A model generated the notes under the pieces. It saw only the letters and a list, made by a program, of their open reading frames with translations. It had not been told where the DNA came from and ran no database searches. A DNA stretch of 64,000 bases from Squalus acanthias. Taxonomy: Eukaryota. The translations under genes and the position numbers were made by a program. Numbering within the stretch: the stretch's first letter is position 1; every line of letters begins with the position of its first letter. Positions 12,145-24,712 of the stretch are shown one piece after another. The stretch is from assembly GCA_030390025.1 (NCBI GenBank), contig CM059432.1, positions 64,730,001 to 64,794,000 of the forward strand. Direction: 5' to 3'.

Positions 12145-14360
12145 ACATAGGATTACATTGGATATACGGCACAGAAACAGGCCATTCAGCCCAATCAGTC
12201 CATGCCGGCGTTTATGCTCCACTCAAGCTTCCTCCCATCTTTCCTCATCTAACTCTATCAGCATAACCCTCTATTCCCTTCTGCCTCATATGCTTGTCTA
12301 ACCACCCTTTAAATGCATCTATACTATTCGCTTCTACCACTCCCTGTGGTAGCGAGTTTCACATTCACACCACTCTCTGGGTGAATAAGTTTCTTCTGAA
12401 TTCCCTATTTGATTTCTTGGTGACTATCTTATATTGATAACCTCTAGTTTTGCTCTTCCCCACAAGTGGAAACACTCTCTCTGTATCTACTCTATTAAAC
12501 CTTTCATGATTTTAAAGACCTATATTAGGTCACCCCTCAGCCTTCTCTTTTCAAGAGAAAGGAGACCCAGCCTGTTCATCCTTTCCTGATAGGTATACTC
12601 TCGTATTTCTGGTATCATCCTTGTAAATCTTCTCTGCACCCTCTCCAGTGCCTCTATATCCTTTTTATAATATGGTGACCAGAATTGTACGCAGTACTTC
12701 AAGTGTGGTCTAACCAAGGTTCGATACAAGTTTAGCATAACTTCACTACTTCTCATTCTATCCCTCTAGAAATACACCCTAGTGCTTGGTTTGCTTTGTT
12801 AATCTGTGTCGATACTTTGTGATTTGTGTTATTTGTACTCCGAGATCCCTTTGCTCCCATTTAGATTCTTATTTTCCAAGTAATATGTGACCTCCCTATT
12901 TTTCTTACCAAAATGTAATACCTCACATTTATCTGTGTTGAATTTCATTTGCCAATTATATGCCCATTCTGTAAGTTTATTAATGTCTTCTTGTAATTTG
13001 TTGCAGTATTGACTATTCCCCCTAATTTGGTGTTGTCCGCAAATTTAGAAATTGTGTTTTTGATTCCAAAGTCTAAATCGTTAATATAAATTATGAACAA
13101 CAGTGGTCCCAGCACTGATCCTTGTGGAACACCACTACCCACCTTCTGCCACTCTGAATAGCTACCCTTTACCCTTACTCTCTGCTTTTTCTTCTTGAAG
13201 CCAGCTAGCTATCTATTCTGCTACTTGTCCCCTGGCTTCGCATTCCCGAACCTTATTCATTATTCTATTATGTGGTACCTTATCGAAGGCCTTTTGAAAA
13301 TCTAGATAAATTACATCTACTGCATTAACCTTGCCTACTCTTTCTGTTACCTCTTCAAAAAATTCAATTAGTTTGGTCAAGCAAGACTTTCTCTTTTGAA
13401 ATCCATGCTGACTATTTGTTATTATATTTTTGGTTTCTAGATGTTCTTCCATTTTCTCCTTTAGTAGGGATTCCATTATTTTTCCTACCACCGATGTTAA
13501 GCTGACTGGTCTATAGTTCCCTGGACATGTTCTATCACCCTGCTTAAATCTAGGTACAGGAAACTCTTTGGTATCCGGCACCTACGGGACCGGGATGGTG
13601 CCAGTTGATTAAAAATTCCGGATAACGGAGAGGGTTATCTACCGAGGCTATTTTTAACAAACAAAGAGTCAGACTCCTGTTATTGAGGTGTTCGGACTTC
13701 CGACGGCGCCAAGAAGCCGAGTAGTGGCAGTTTGGAGAACTACCCCCACTGACTGACTCGGCCACCGCGGGAGACTCGGACTCGGACTCGGCAACATTTC
13801 CGGTTATTGAGGTGTTGTTTTCGGAGTATGAATTTTGCCGGTTAATAGAGAATTCCGGATATTTACGTGCCGTTTAAACGAGAGTTTCCTGTATTACGTT
13901 AGCTATCTGCCAGTCCTCTGGCACTACACGTTTTTCTAACGAATTATTAAATGTGTAGTAATGCCTCTGCTATCTTTTCCCTAGATTCTTTTAAAATGCA
14001 CGGATGTAATCCGTCCAGACCAGGTTTTTTATCCTCTTTGAATTTCATTAGTTTATTTAATATATCTGAGTGTTTTATTTTAAATGCAGTTAACCCATTA
14101 CTAGTCCCATCATCCAATGTCATCTCCACCTGTTCTATCTCCCTGGTAAATACTGAAGCAAAGTAATTATTTAATATCTCTGCCATCTCTCTATCGCTGC
14201 CTGTGGTATTATCCTGTCCATCCCTTAGTAGCCCTATTCTCATCCCGACCTTCCTTTTTTAATTTATGTGCTGTAAAATATTTTACTATTTTGCTTTATG
14301 TTCCTTGATAATTTAATTTCCTAGTTCCTCTTTGCCTTCCTAATAGTTTTTTTGACTTCT
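12145..14360 (-). mobile_element. CR1 LINE fragment, interrupted by a MITE at 13557-13891
   Basis: ORFs 13947-14243, 13213-13581 (YLDFQKAFDKVPH), 12945-13142 (PQGSVLGP) and 12520-12756. Confidence 0.93.
13557..13891. mobile_element. Tc1/mariner-pogo (Tigger-like) MITE
   Basis: Perfect 11-bp TIR CAGGAAACTCT / AGAGTTTCCTG with TA on both sides; removing it restores the CR1 sequence. Confidence 0.88.
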
Positions 14361-15187
14361 CTCCAAATCACCTTCCCCAGATGTTATAATGGATTCTCTA
14401 TATTACAGCTTGTAGTAGACGCTCTCACATATCCCCCAAAAACCCTGGTCACAAATGTTGATGCACAGAATAAATATCCTTACTCCAATCCTGTCCTTCA
14501 CTAACTCAGGCACAGATACAAACAAACTTGTTCACATCAGCTTTGATTATATGAGATCATGCAACATTTATTACTAGGTCAAATTAAAGCTTGAACTGAA
14601 AATAAGAATCAAATAATGCATATTTGAGTATGAAAGTAAACATTACTGTTAACTGGTAACATACTACTGTACATTCATCAACTTGCAAGTCAAAGGAGTC
14701 AGAACCAAAAACCTCAAAGAAGTACTGTATAATAGAATTATATTCTGATTAACTGGGGCACTGTATCCATGTCTCCTATTTAACAAGGACATATGCTCAG
14801 CAGCGAACCATTTCATGGCTGGACAGAAGCATTACTTTTTATATTGACAGTTATAGACCATTTCTTTTAACAAGAGTATCAATTATTTGTCATTTATTAT
14901 CTCCTGAACCCAGGTCTATAGCAGTCACTCAAAGTTACACAATAATTTGTTTCATCAGATAATGTAGATTATTGTTAAAGGAACAATAGACAGTTATTGC
15001 AAGATAAAAGTACATTCCTATATCAAACATAGCTGTATAACAGTAGAGCTGAGGCTTTGGCTATTGCTTCCCACTTGCTTTGGATTTGTGTATAACCATG
15101 TAATAATAAAAGTATTTTAATTAAAAACTTGCTAGTGTAGCTTCTCAGTTTAAAAAGAAGTTATAAATAAATATTAGATTTTGCAAG

Positions 15188-15290
15188 TGTTACGAGTCCT
15201 ACTGTCTCAGAGCCTCCTTTTCTTTACAAACAGTCGTCTTTGAACAATCCAAATACCTTCTTTTAATGCACATAACATGAAGTATGGAAC
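15188..15290 (-). repeat. LTR fragment, putative 3' LTR of the Gmr1-like element
   Basis: TGTTACGAGTCCTACTGTCTCAGAGCCTCC...TACAAACAGTCGTCTTTGAACAATCCAA...CTTTTAATGCACATAACA aligns by eye to 41541-41637. Confidence 0.7.
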
Positions 15291-15636
15291 ATGAAAGAAT
15301 TACAAATCCCCAGTACAAGATGCTTTCCATCCCAAAAAGGGGCAGGGATACATAGGGCTCGATTTTGCCATTGGTGGCCGGTTGGGGGCGGGTCAGGTGG
15401 TCGGCGGGTCCCGCTCATGCCTCCACTGTCAGGTGGGCTTTTTTAGCTATTTTGCTGAAATTGGCCAATTGATTCCCAGCGTGTGCGCACCCAGGGCCCA
15501 ATTAGTTTTTTGGGCCTGAAACTCGCCTCTGATGATGTAATTTCTCCAGCTGCATTTAAGGGCTCCAAGCAGCCTTGTTCATTTTCAGCCTCTACACTTG
15601 TGATTGCTTCTCTTCAAAGTGTTTGGAGCTCGTGGA

Positions 15637-17611
15637 ATGTCGACTTCAAGGCCCAAGTCCTCACCACGGTTTGATGATGACTCCCTCCATGCTCTGGTGG
15701 AGGGAGCCAGAGCACAAAAGGAGGTGCTGTTTCCATCCTCTGGGAGGAGAAAACCTCCTCAGCAGACCAAAGCTGTGTGGCTGCAAGTGGCACAGGAGAT
15801 CAGTTCCAGATCAATGTGCAGCAGAACCTGGCTGCAATGCCAAAAGAGGTTCAATGACCTTGTCCGAACAGGCAAAGTGAGTATAGCATCACCTTTACCC
15901 TCATTCTGCTCCCCATCTCCTCACAGCACCATCACTCTGCATTGTTAACCTACTCCTACACATCCCACTTTACCCTTGCATCCCTTGCACCCTTAACCAT
16001 TCCCTCTCTCTCTATGTACACAATCACTTAACTAGTCGACTATGCTGCCCTCACACTCCCTATCACTGTTATGCTATGACAACAACTAACAACACACAGG
16101 GAGGGCCCTTAGTATTGGCACCTCACTCCATCTTTGTGTCCTTCTAAGCATCTATGTGATGGACTATCTACACTCACTCCATCATTCTCACTCAAACTCC
16201 ACTTGTGTCCCTCATTGCAGGAAAAGAGAGCCCACAATAAGAGGGGAAGGGCGAAGACAGGAGGAGGGCCACCCTCAATAGCCCATCTCACCAGCGTTGA
16301 GGAGGTGGCCCGAGAGATCATTGGCGCCGAGGAGGATGTGGAAGTGGGGGACGAACAGACGGACATATCAGAGCAAGCTGGTGACAGAATAGTTTTGCGT
16401 CTCTCTCATTGACATTGCATGAGTGACTGATATGGCTTCAGATGCTCAAACAGATTGACTTATGATCATCTGCACTATTCAATGTGCAAGCTACGCTTAT
16501 ATCACATGTCTAATTCATGCCTTTACTCCCCCACAGGACCATCGACAGCCCCCCTCCCACTGTCCAGGAGGAAGAGGCTGAGCTGGAAGACTCCTCAGAG
16601 GAACCTGCAACATCTGAGGGTGCAGCATCAGCAGAATTAAGTGCACCCAGCACCAGCGCAGAAAAGGACACCTTGGTGGGACCTTCGGGACATAGAATAG
16701 TGTTGTCACCTGTTGTATCACAGCTCACAAGTGAGCATCAGCAGATGGTGGAGACAGGGACAGCAGTGGAGAGTCCTCGTCGGAGGCCGCAGGGTGCTCC
16801 CAGCTCTGCTCAGCTGCATGTCGACCCTGTGCCTCCGGGTCCATCCAGAAGGAGAGCAGTGCTGGAACTCCAGGAACAGGTGCAGGAGCCTCTGGCAGGT
16901 TCTGTCTCCAGGGTCACTGCGAGTGTGGAGAGGATGGAGGAGTCCAATGCTAACATGAGAAGAGCCTTTGTGGAGGCATTGGCGCATGAACGCATCACCG
17001 CGGAAAGGATGGCAACCTGCATGGAAAGGATGGCTACATCCGTGAAAAGGATGGCTACGGTAGAGGAGAGGATAACTACGGCCATGGAGGAGCTAAGTGG
17101 CCAGAGTGTGGAAAACATGGTGAATATTCAGAATAGACTGACATCTCTGGAGGAGCGATGGGCAGCTATTGATCAGAGAAACTAGACCTTCATGGAAGTC
17201 CTCTGGAGTAGGACTGCCAGTACAGAAACGGGTCCTCATGGCCCCCCTGATGTGCAGCAAGGTGCTGTCAAGCCACTTGCTAGCACTAAAGTGGGGCCGA
17301 CCCATGAGAGTGATGTTGGTGGCAGACAACAAGGAAGTGGGGGCTCCTCTCCAAGCGCTCACACTCCCATGCCACTGCAGAGCCCTCGGTCAGAGCCCCA
17401 CCAGAGTCCTCACCGAACTGAGATGGGCATCTCAGCCCCTGCACAGCCGCAGGAGGAGCAGACTGTTGGCGAGCCCTCACAGCCTCGCAACCCCAGAGGA
17501 CGCTCGCCAAAGGTGTCGAAGCAGGAGCAGCATCAGAGTGAGCAAGGCCCTCCACATCTGCTGAAGCCACAGGGGAAGCACCACGTAGGAGAACGCGTAA
17601 GAGGAAGATAA
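15637..17611 (+). pseudogene. Harbinger Myb/SANT (trihelix) DNA-binding gene, 3 exons (15637-15876, 16221-16380, 16537-17611)
   Basis: PRFDDDSL..LVEG..W.QVA.EI..RTWLQCQKRFNDL; GT/AG sites seen at all junctions; frameshift in the C run near 16550 and in-frame TAG at 17183. Confidence 0.85.
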
Positions 17612-17784
17612 AGCACAAGTAGTCACAAGGGTAGTCACTTGGGTGTTCTGTTGTGTTTAATTGTTAAATTTCATCCTTTAGTCAATGTATTAAAATGAAG
17701 TGATGGGAAACTGTTAAAGTTCTGGACTCTGTCATTTCGGAAATGGAAGTTCCACATTGAAGGCTCAGGGTGAATTGGATTTGT

Positions 17785-20680
17785 CATAGAAACATAGAAA
17801 CATAGAAGATAGGAGCAGGAGTAGGCCATTCGGCCCCTCGAGCCTGTTCCGCCATTTAATGAGATCATGGCTGATCATCCAAATTCAGTACCCTGTCCCT
17901 GCTTTCTCCCCATATCCCTTGATCCCTTTAGCCTTAAGAAATATATATCTATCTCCTTCTTGAATATATTTAATGAATTGGCCTCAACTGCCTTGTGTGG
18001 TAGAGAATTCCACAGGTTCACCACCCTCTGGGTGAAGAAATTCCTCCTCATCTCAGTCCTAAATGGCTTACCCCTTATCCTTAGTCTGTGACCCCTGGTT
18101 CTGGACTCCCCGCCATCGGGAACATCCTTCCTGCATCTAGTCTTTCTAGTCCTGTTAGAATTTTATAAGTTTCAATGAGATCCCCTCTCATTCTTCTAAA
18201 CTCTAGCGAATATAAGCGTAATCGACCCAATCTCTCCTCATACGTCATTCCTGTCATCCCAGGTATCAGTCTGGTGAATCTTTGCTGCACTCTCTCCATG
18301 GCAAGAACATCCTTCCTCAGATAAGGTGACCAAAACTGCACACAATACTCAAGGTGTGGGCTCACCAAGGCCCTGTACAACTGCAGCAAGACATCCTTGC
18401 TCCTGTACTCGAATCCTCTCGCTATGAAGGCCAACATACCATTTGCCTTCTTAACCGTCTGCTGCACCTGCATGCTTATCTTCAGCGACTGGTGCACAAG
18501 GACACCCAGGTCTCGTTGCACTTCCCCTTTTCCCAATCTATTGCCGTTCAGATAATAATCTGTCTTCCTGTTTTTGCCACCGAAGTGGATAACCTCGCAT
18601 TTATCCACATTATACTGCATTTGCCATGCATCTGCCCAATCACCCAACCTGTCCAAATCATACTGGAGTTTCTCTGCATCCTCCTCACAGCACACACGCC
18701 CACCCAGCTTTGTGTTGTCTGCAAACTTGGAGATATTACATCTAGTTCCCTCGTCTAGATCATTTATATATATTATGAATAACTGGGGTCCTAGCACCGA
18801 TCCCTGCCGTACCCCACTAGTCACTGCCTGCCACTCAGAAAAAGACCCGTTTATTCCAACTCTTTGCTTCCTGTCTGCCAACCAGTTCTCTATCCAAGAC
18901 AATACCTTACCCCCAATCCCGTGTGCTTTAACTTTGCACGCTAATCTCTTATGCGGGACCTTATCGAAAGCCTTCTGAAAGTCCAAATACACCACATCCA
19001 CTGGCTCTCCCTTATCTATTCTACCAGTTACATCCTCAAAAAATTCCAGTAGATTAGTCAAGCATGATTTACCTTTTGTAAATCCATGTTGACTTTGTCC
19101 GATCCTGTCACTGTTTTCCAAGTGCTCTGCTATTACATCTTTTATAATGGACTCTAGCATTTTCCCCACTACCGATGTCAGACTTACTGGTCTATAATTC
19201 CCCGTTTTCTCTCTACCACCTTTTTTAAATAGTGGGGTTATATTAGCTATCCTCCAATCCATGGGAACTGTTCCAGAGTCCATAGAATTTTGGAAGATGA
19301 CCAGCAATGCATCTACTATTTCCAGGGCCACTTCCTTAAGTACCCTAGGATGTAGATTATCAGGCCCTGGGGATTTATCAGCCTTCAATCCCATCAATTT
19401 CCCTAACACCATTTCCCTACAAATACTGATTTCATTCAATTCCTCCCTTTCATTAGACCCTATGTTCCCCGACATCTCTGGGAGGTTATTTGTGTCCTCC
19501 TTTGTGAAGACAGAACCAAAGTATGTACTTAATTGGTCTGCCATTTCTTTGTTCCCCATTATAAATTCCCCTGATTCTGACTGCAAGGGACCTACGCTTG
19601 ACTTCACCATCTTTTTCTATTCACATATCTATCAAAGCTTTTACAGTCAGTTTTTATGTTCCCTGCAAGCTTACTCTCATAATCTATTTTCCCCCTCTTA
19701 ATTAATCTCTTTGTCCTCCTTTGCTGAATCCTAAACTGCTCCCAATCCTCAGGTTTGCTGCTTTTTCTGGCCAAATTATATGTCCTCTCCTTGGATCTTA
19801 TGTTATCCCTAATTTCCCTTGTTAGCCACGGTTGAGTCATTTTTTTTGTTTTTTTTATGCCAAACAGGGATGAACAAATTCTGTAGTTCATCCATGCGAT
19901 CTTTAAATGTTTGCCATTGCCTATCCACTGTCAACCCTTTAAGTAATGTTCCCCAATCCATCCTAGCCAACTCATGCCTCATACCATCATAGTTTCCTTT
20001 ATTTAAATTCAGGACCCTAGTCTCTCAGTCAACTACTTCACTCTCCATTTTAATGAAGAATTCTATCATATTATGATCGCTCCTCCCCAAGGGGCCTCAC
20101 ACAACAAGATTGCTAATTAATCCTTTCTCATTACATAATACCCAGTCTAAGATGGCCTGATCTCTAGTTGGTTCCTCGACATATTGGTCCAGGAAACCAT
20201 CCGGTATACACTCTAGGAATTCCTCCTCCACAGTATTGTTACTAATTTGGTTAGCCCAATCTATATGTAGATTAAAGTCACCCATGATAACTGTTGTGCC
20301 CTTATTGCACGTGTCTCTAATTTCCCATTTAATGCCATCCCCAACCTCAGCATTACTGTTTGGGGGTCTGTATACAACTCCCACTAATGTTTTCTGACCT
20401 TTGGTATTTCTCAGCTCTGCCCATACAGATTCCACATCATTAGAGCTAATATCCTTCCTTACTATTGTGTTAATCTCCTCTTTAACCAGCAATGCTACCC
20501 CACCTCCTTTTCCTTTTTTCCTGTCCTTCCTGAATATTGAATACCCCTGGATGTTGAATTCCCAGACTTGGTCATCCTGGAGCCATGTCTCCGTAATCCC
20601 AATTGTATAATATCCGTTTACATCTATTTGCGCAGCTAATTCATCCACCTTATTAAGAATGCTCCTCGCATTAAGATAAT
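17785..20680 (-). mobile_element. CR1 LINE with nearly complete ORF2 (endonuclease plus RT), frameshifted
   Basis: ORFs 20097-20708 (LNARSI, ITETWL, MGDFN), 19604-19891 and 18081-19610 (509 aa RT); CATAGAAA tail. Confidence 0.96.
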
Positions 20681-20681
20681 T

Positions 20682-21320
20682 TGGGGTAGAAATTAGGTCG
20701 CGCCCCATTTGGGGCGCAAATATCGTCCGGACGCAAATATTAGCGCCTGCCGCTAATTATCGGCACTGACAGGAAACTTCACTTTTACCGCCCCGGGAGG
20801 TGAGTGGAGCGCTAAAGCAGGCGCTGCACACCTCTCTTAAGGTGCAAAGGCCGAGCAGTGAGGCGCTAACTCGGAGCGCTGGCGAAGCTCATGTAATGTC
20901 AGTCAGCAATGGAACACACACACAATGGCACGGGGCAGTTCTTAAAGGGGATGGTTAATCTTGCTTTCCATCCACATCCTGTTCATTGCTGCCTTGAATC
21001 TCGGCCTGGAGAGACTTGCACATCAAATGTGCTGGAAAGAACAATGGAGAGTACCAGGCAAAGAGCTCAGAGTGCAGCTCCCATAGTCTCTGCTAAATCG
21101 ATACAAGGAATGGCAAATCAAAATGAACCTGCAAAGTGCTGCTCAGTACCCAAAACTCCTTCACACAACGTTGAATCTCTCCAGAAGTCTCTCCCTCTCT
21201 CTCTCAGAATGCGTAGTTCAAAAATGCCACCAACAATAAAAGACAGGAAGAGGCCCCCTTTAAATAGCGCCCCCCCCAGCCCCACAGCGATTGATAGCGT
21301 TCCAGTCTTCTGGTCGTTGG
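20682..21320. mobile_element. Terminal fragment of another Harbinger-type element that truncates the CR1 5' end
   Basis: GGGGTAGAAATTAGGTCGCGCCCCATTTGGGGCGC resembles the terminus of the 54433 MITE family; GGCGC motifs follow. Confidence 0.6.
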
Positions 21321-21360
21321 AAGCGCCAAGGTGCCAGGCACATGTGTTTGAATGGGCAAC

Positions 21361-22606
21361 TTAAGCAAATCTGGCCAAGATGAGTGCATCCCTTGCATCC
21401 TGGGCAGCAATGTGCTCGCGTGCTGCTGCAGCTGTTTGATGCACATCTGCAACGGCTTCGTTCTCGTTCTCCTCCTCCTCATCCTCCTCATTTTCCTCCT
21501 CCTCATCTGAGGAGGCTATGCGCTGAGCCATTGTTCCTCAGGCAGCTGCAAGCCATGATGATGTGCGATGTTGTGCAGTGCACAGCAGACCATGACAATT
21601 CTGGAGACCCTGGCTGCTGATTTCTGCAGGGCTCCACCTGATCTGTCAAGGCATCTGAATCGCATCTTCAGCAAGTTGATGGCTTGCTCGATAATGGATC
21701 TGATCGAAATGTGGCTCGAGTTGTAGTGCTCCTCAGCTTTGTTCGATGGCCTCCAATGGTGTCATTAGCCACGTCTTTAGGGGATAGCCCTTGTCTCCAA
21801 GTAGCCATCCACAAAGTTGGTTTGGCAGATTGAAGAGCGGAGGCACACTAGACTGCCGCAGGATGAACGAGTCATGGCAACTGCCAAGGTACTTGGCGCA
21901 AACATGCAAAATGTCCTTCTTGTGGTTACACACCAGCTGCACGTTGAGGGAGTGGAAGCCCTTGCGGTTGAAAAAAAGGGCTGGGCTTTGATGGGGTGCC
22001 TTAAGGGCCACATGTGTGCAGTCTACAACACCCTGCTCCCTTGGCATGCCTGCCATATTTGCAAAGCCAACCGCAGGCGCGGTTATACTTGCTTGATCTG
22101 TGGAGAAGTGGATGTAATTGTGCGCCTTTGGAAATAGGTCATCGGTAACCTGCGTGATGCAAGTGTGAGCGGATGACTGGGAGATGCCGCTGATGTCTGC
22201 TGATGATCCCTGGAAGGAGCCTGAAGCAAAAAAGTTGAGTGCGGTGGTGACTTTGAAAGCCACCGTTAAGGGGTGCCTACCCGCTCCTCTGGGCTCCAGG
22301 TGTTGGTGCAGCATTGCACAGATGTCACCGACTATCTCTCGCGAAAGTCTCAGCCTCCTTTGGCTCACTCATGTTAAGGAAGCTCATCCTCAGCCTGTAA
22401 ACCCTGTTTCGGGGGTATATCCTGCGGCAACGTGCTTCCCTGCGCTGGCGCCTTCTGCCCTGTGCACCATCAGGTGGGTGAGCAGCAGGTTGGCGCTCCT
22501 GTTGTTCCTGCTGCTGTTGCTGCTGTTGTTCCTGGTTCTGCTGCTGCCGCGGCTGCTCTTCATCTGAATCTGAGGTCCAGGTTGAACGGAAATAAATGGT
22601 TCCCAT
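21361..22606 (-). pseudogene. Harbinger DDE nuclease (HARBI1-like), frameshifted
   Basis: [39 protein letters not shown]; Gln-rich N-terminus; ends DALILARFA*. Confidence 0.92.
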
Positions 22607-22756
22607 GATGCTGGTAGATACCTCAGTTGAGGAAGCGCTCAGTCAATGTGGGGAGAGGGTTTTCCCAGGTGGTCACAGTGGAGATGGTTCTCTGCTTCAC
22701 CACATCCAAAATCAGTGGACCTGCAAAAAGTTGAATGTCAAGGGGAGGTGGTTAGA

Positions 22757-23533
22757 CCACAGAAGTGCCAGGCAATGACTATCTCCAACAAGCGAGAGTC
22801 TAGCCACCGCCCCTTGACATTCAATGGCATTACCATTGCCGAATCCCCCACCATCAACATCCTGGGGGGCACCATTGACCAGAAACTTAACTGGACCAGC
22901 CACATAAATATTGTGGCAACAAGAGCAGGTCAGAGGCTAGGTATTCTGCGACAAGTGTCTCACCTCCTGACTCCCCAAAGACTTTCTACCATCTACAAGG
23001 AACAAGTAAGGAGTGTGATGGAATACTCTCCACTTGCCTGGATGAGTGCAGCTCCAACAACACTCAAGAAGCTCAACACCATACGGGATAAAGCAGCCCG
23101 CTTGATTGGCACCCCATCTACCACCTTACACATTCACTCCCTCCACCACCGGCGTACCGTGGCTGCAGTGTATACCATCTACAAAATGCACGGCAGCAAC
23201 TTGCCAAGGCTTCTTCGGCAGCACCTCCCAAACCCACAACCTCTACCAACTAGAAGGACAAGGGCAGCAGGCGCATGGGAACACCACCACTTTCAAGTTC
23301 CCCTCCAAGTCACACACCATCCTGACTTAAAAGTATATCGCCGATCCTTCATCGTCACTGGGTCAAAATCCTGGAACTCCCTACCTAACAGCACTGTGGG
23401 AGTAGCTTCACCACACAGACTGTAGCGGTTCAAGAAGGCGGCTCACCACCACCTTCTCAAGGGCAATTAGGGATGGGCAATAAATGCTGGCCTTGCCAGC
23501 GACGCCCACATCCCATAAATGAACAAAACAAAA
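22757..23533 (+). mobile_element. 3' fragment of a second CR1-group LINE family (same family as 28519-31720)
   Basis: QKCQAMTISNK..INILG..DQKLNW..VRSVMEYS; tail GGGCAATAAATGCTGGCCTTGCCAGCGACGCCCACATCCC followed by A-rich sequence. Confidence 0.88.
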
Positions 23534-23901
23534 AGCCTGACAAACCTGATTGAATTTTTTGAGGAGGTGACTAAAGTAGTGGACAGGGGAATGTCTATGG
23601 ATGTTATTTATATGGACTTCCAGAATCCATTTGATAAAGTTCCACATAAGAGACTGTAACTAAGGTTAACATGGAATTGAGGGGAAATTATTGATCTGGT
23701 TAGGAAATTGGCTGAGCAGCAAGAGACAGGCAGTCGGGATAATGGGTAGGTGCTCAAATAGGCAGGATGTGACTAGTGGTGTCCAGAAGGAATCTGTGTT
23801 TGGGCCTCAACTAGTCACATTATTTGTTAATGTTTTAGATAATGGCATAGAAAGTCATATGTCAAAATTTGCCGATGAAACATGATAGTCATAGAGTCAT
23901 A

Positions 23902-24562
23902 GGGGGAAAACTTGAGTTGCGCCCCCTTTGGGGCGCTAACTTGGCCGGGGTGTTAACCCCAAAAAATTAGCGCCCCCACGGCCGAAATTCATCGGTAGCG
24001 CCCCAAGAGGAAAGCGGGGCACTACTGGAAGCGCCCCACCGCCCGCTTGGGGCGCTGGGCGCTGTGGCACGTCTTCTTAAAGGGGAGGGGCCTTGCGCAG
24101 TGCAACCCGGGGCCCAGCTGGGTCACCGGGATCGGAGTGCCGGCAAAAGAGCCCGGCACTCAAGAGAAGTGCCGGGCTCATGGAGCGCAGCCGACACTCC
24201 GTGGGGGTGGGGGGGGGGGCGGGTGCTCAGGAGGCCATGGACGACAACAGAGGCAAGTGCTGGCAGGCAGCCAGCAACAAAAATGGTCGCCCAGCACCTC
24301 GCCTTTAATTGGCGCAGCCCCGGCCGCGGGTAGGCCCCTTGACCCCGTCAGACATAGTGTCCGGCAGTAAGTCAGGGGGCGCTACTGAAGATCATGGCTG
24401 GGGCACGAGCGGGGCGCTGCGCACGGCGATGACGTCATCGCCAGCGGGGCAGTGCTGCGGGGCGCTAACGGTTACCGCCGCTGCTAACCTCCCGCTGAAT
24501 TTTGCAGGAGGCGTTGGTGGCGCTGCACCCGGGCGCTAGTTGCACCGCCAAATTTTTCCCCC
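23902..24562. mobile_element. Harbinger-type MITE related to the 54433 and 57167 copies
   Basis: Ends GGGGGAAAA / TTTTTCCCCC; flanks ATA/AAA; shared internal sequence (AAAAGAGCCCGGCACTCAAGAGAAGTGCCGGGCTC). Confidence 0.85.
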
Positions 24563-24712
24563 AAAGAGTCATAACGGCACAGAAGGAGGCCATTCGGCCC
24601 ATCGAGTCTGTGCCGGCTCTCTGTAGAGCAATCCATTCCCCTGCTCTATCCCCGTAGCACTGCAAGTTTATTTCCCTCAAGTGCCTATCCAGTCTTCCCT
24701 TGAAAACATTGA

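Larger units (their letters stand above)
15355..22750. mobile_element. PIF/Harbinger transposon A (Myb gene +, nuclease -, convergent); right end lost; contains nested insertions
   Basis: Left TIR GGGCTCGATTTTGCC; both genes present; related to element B. Confidence 0.85.
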
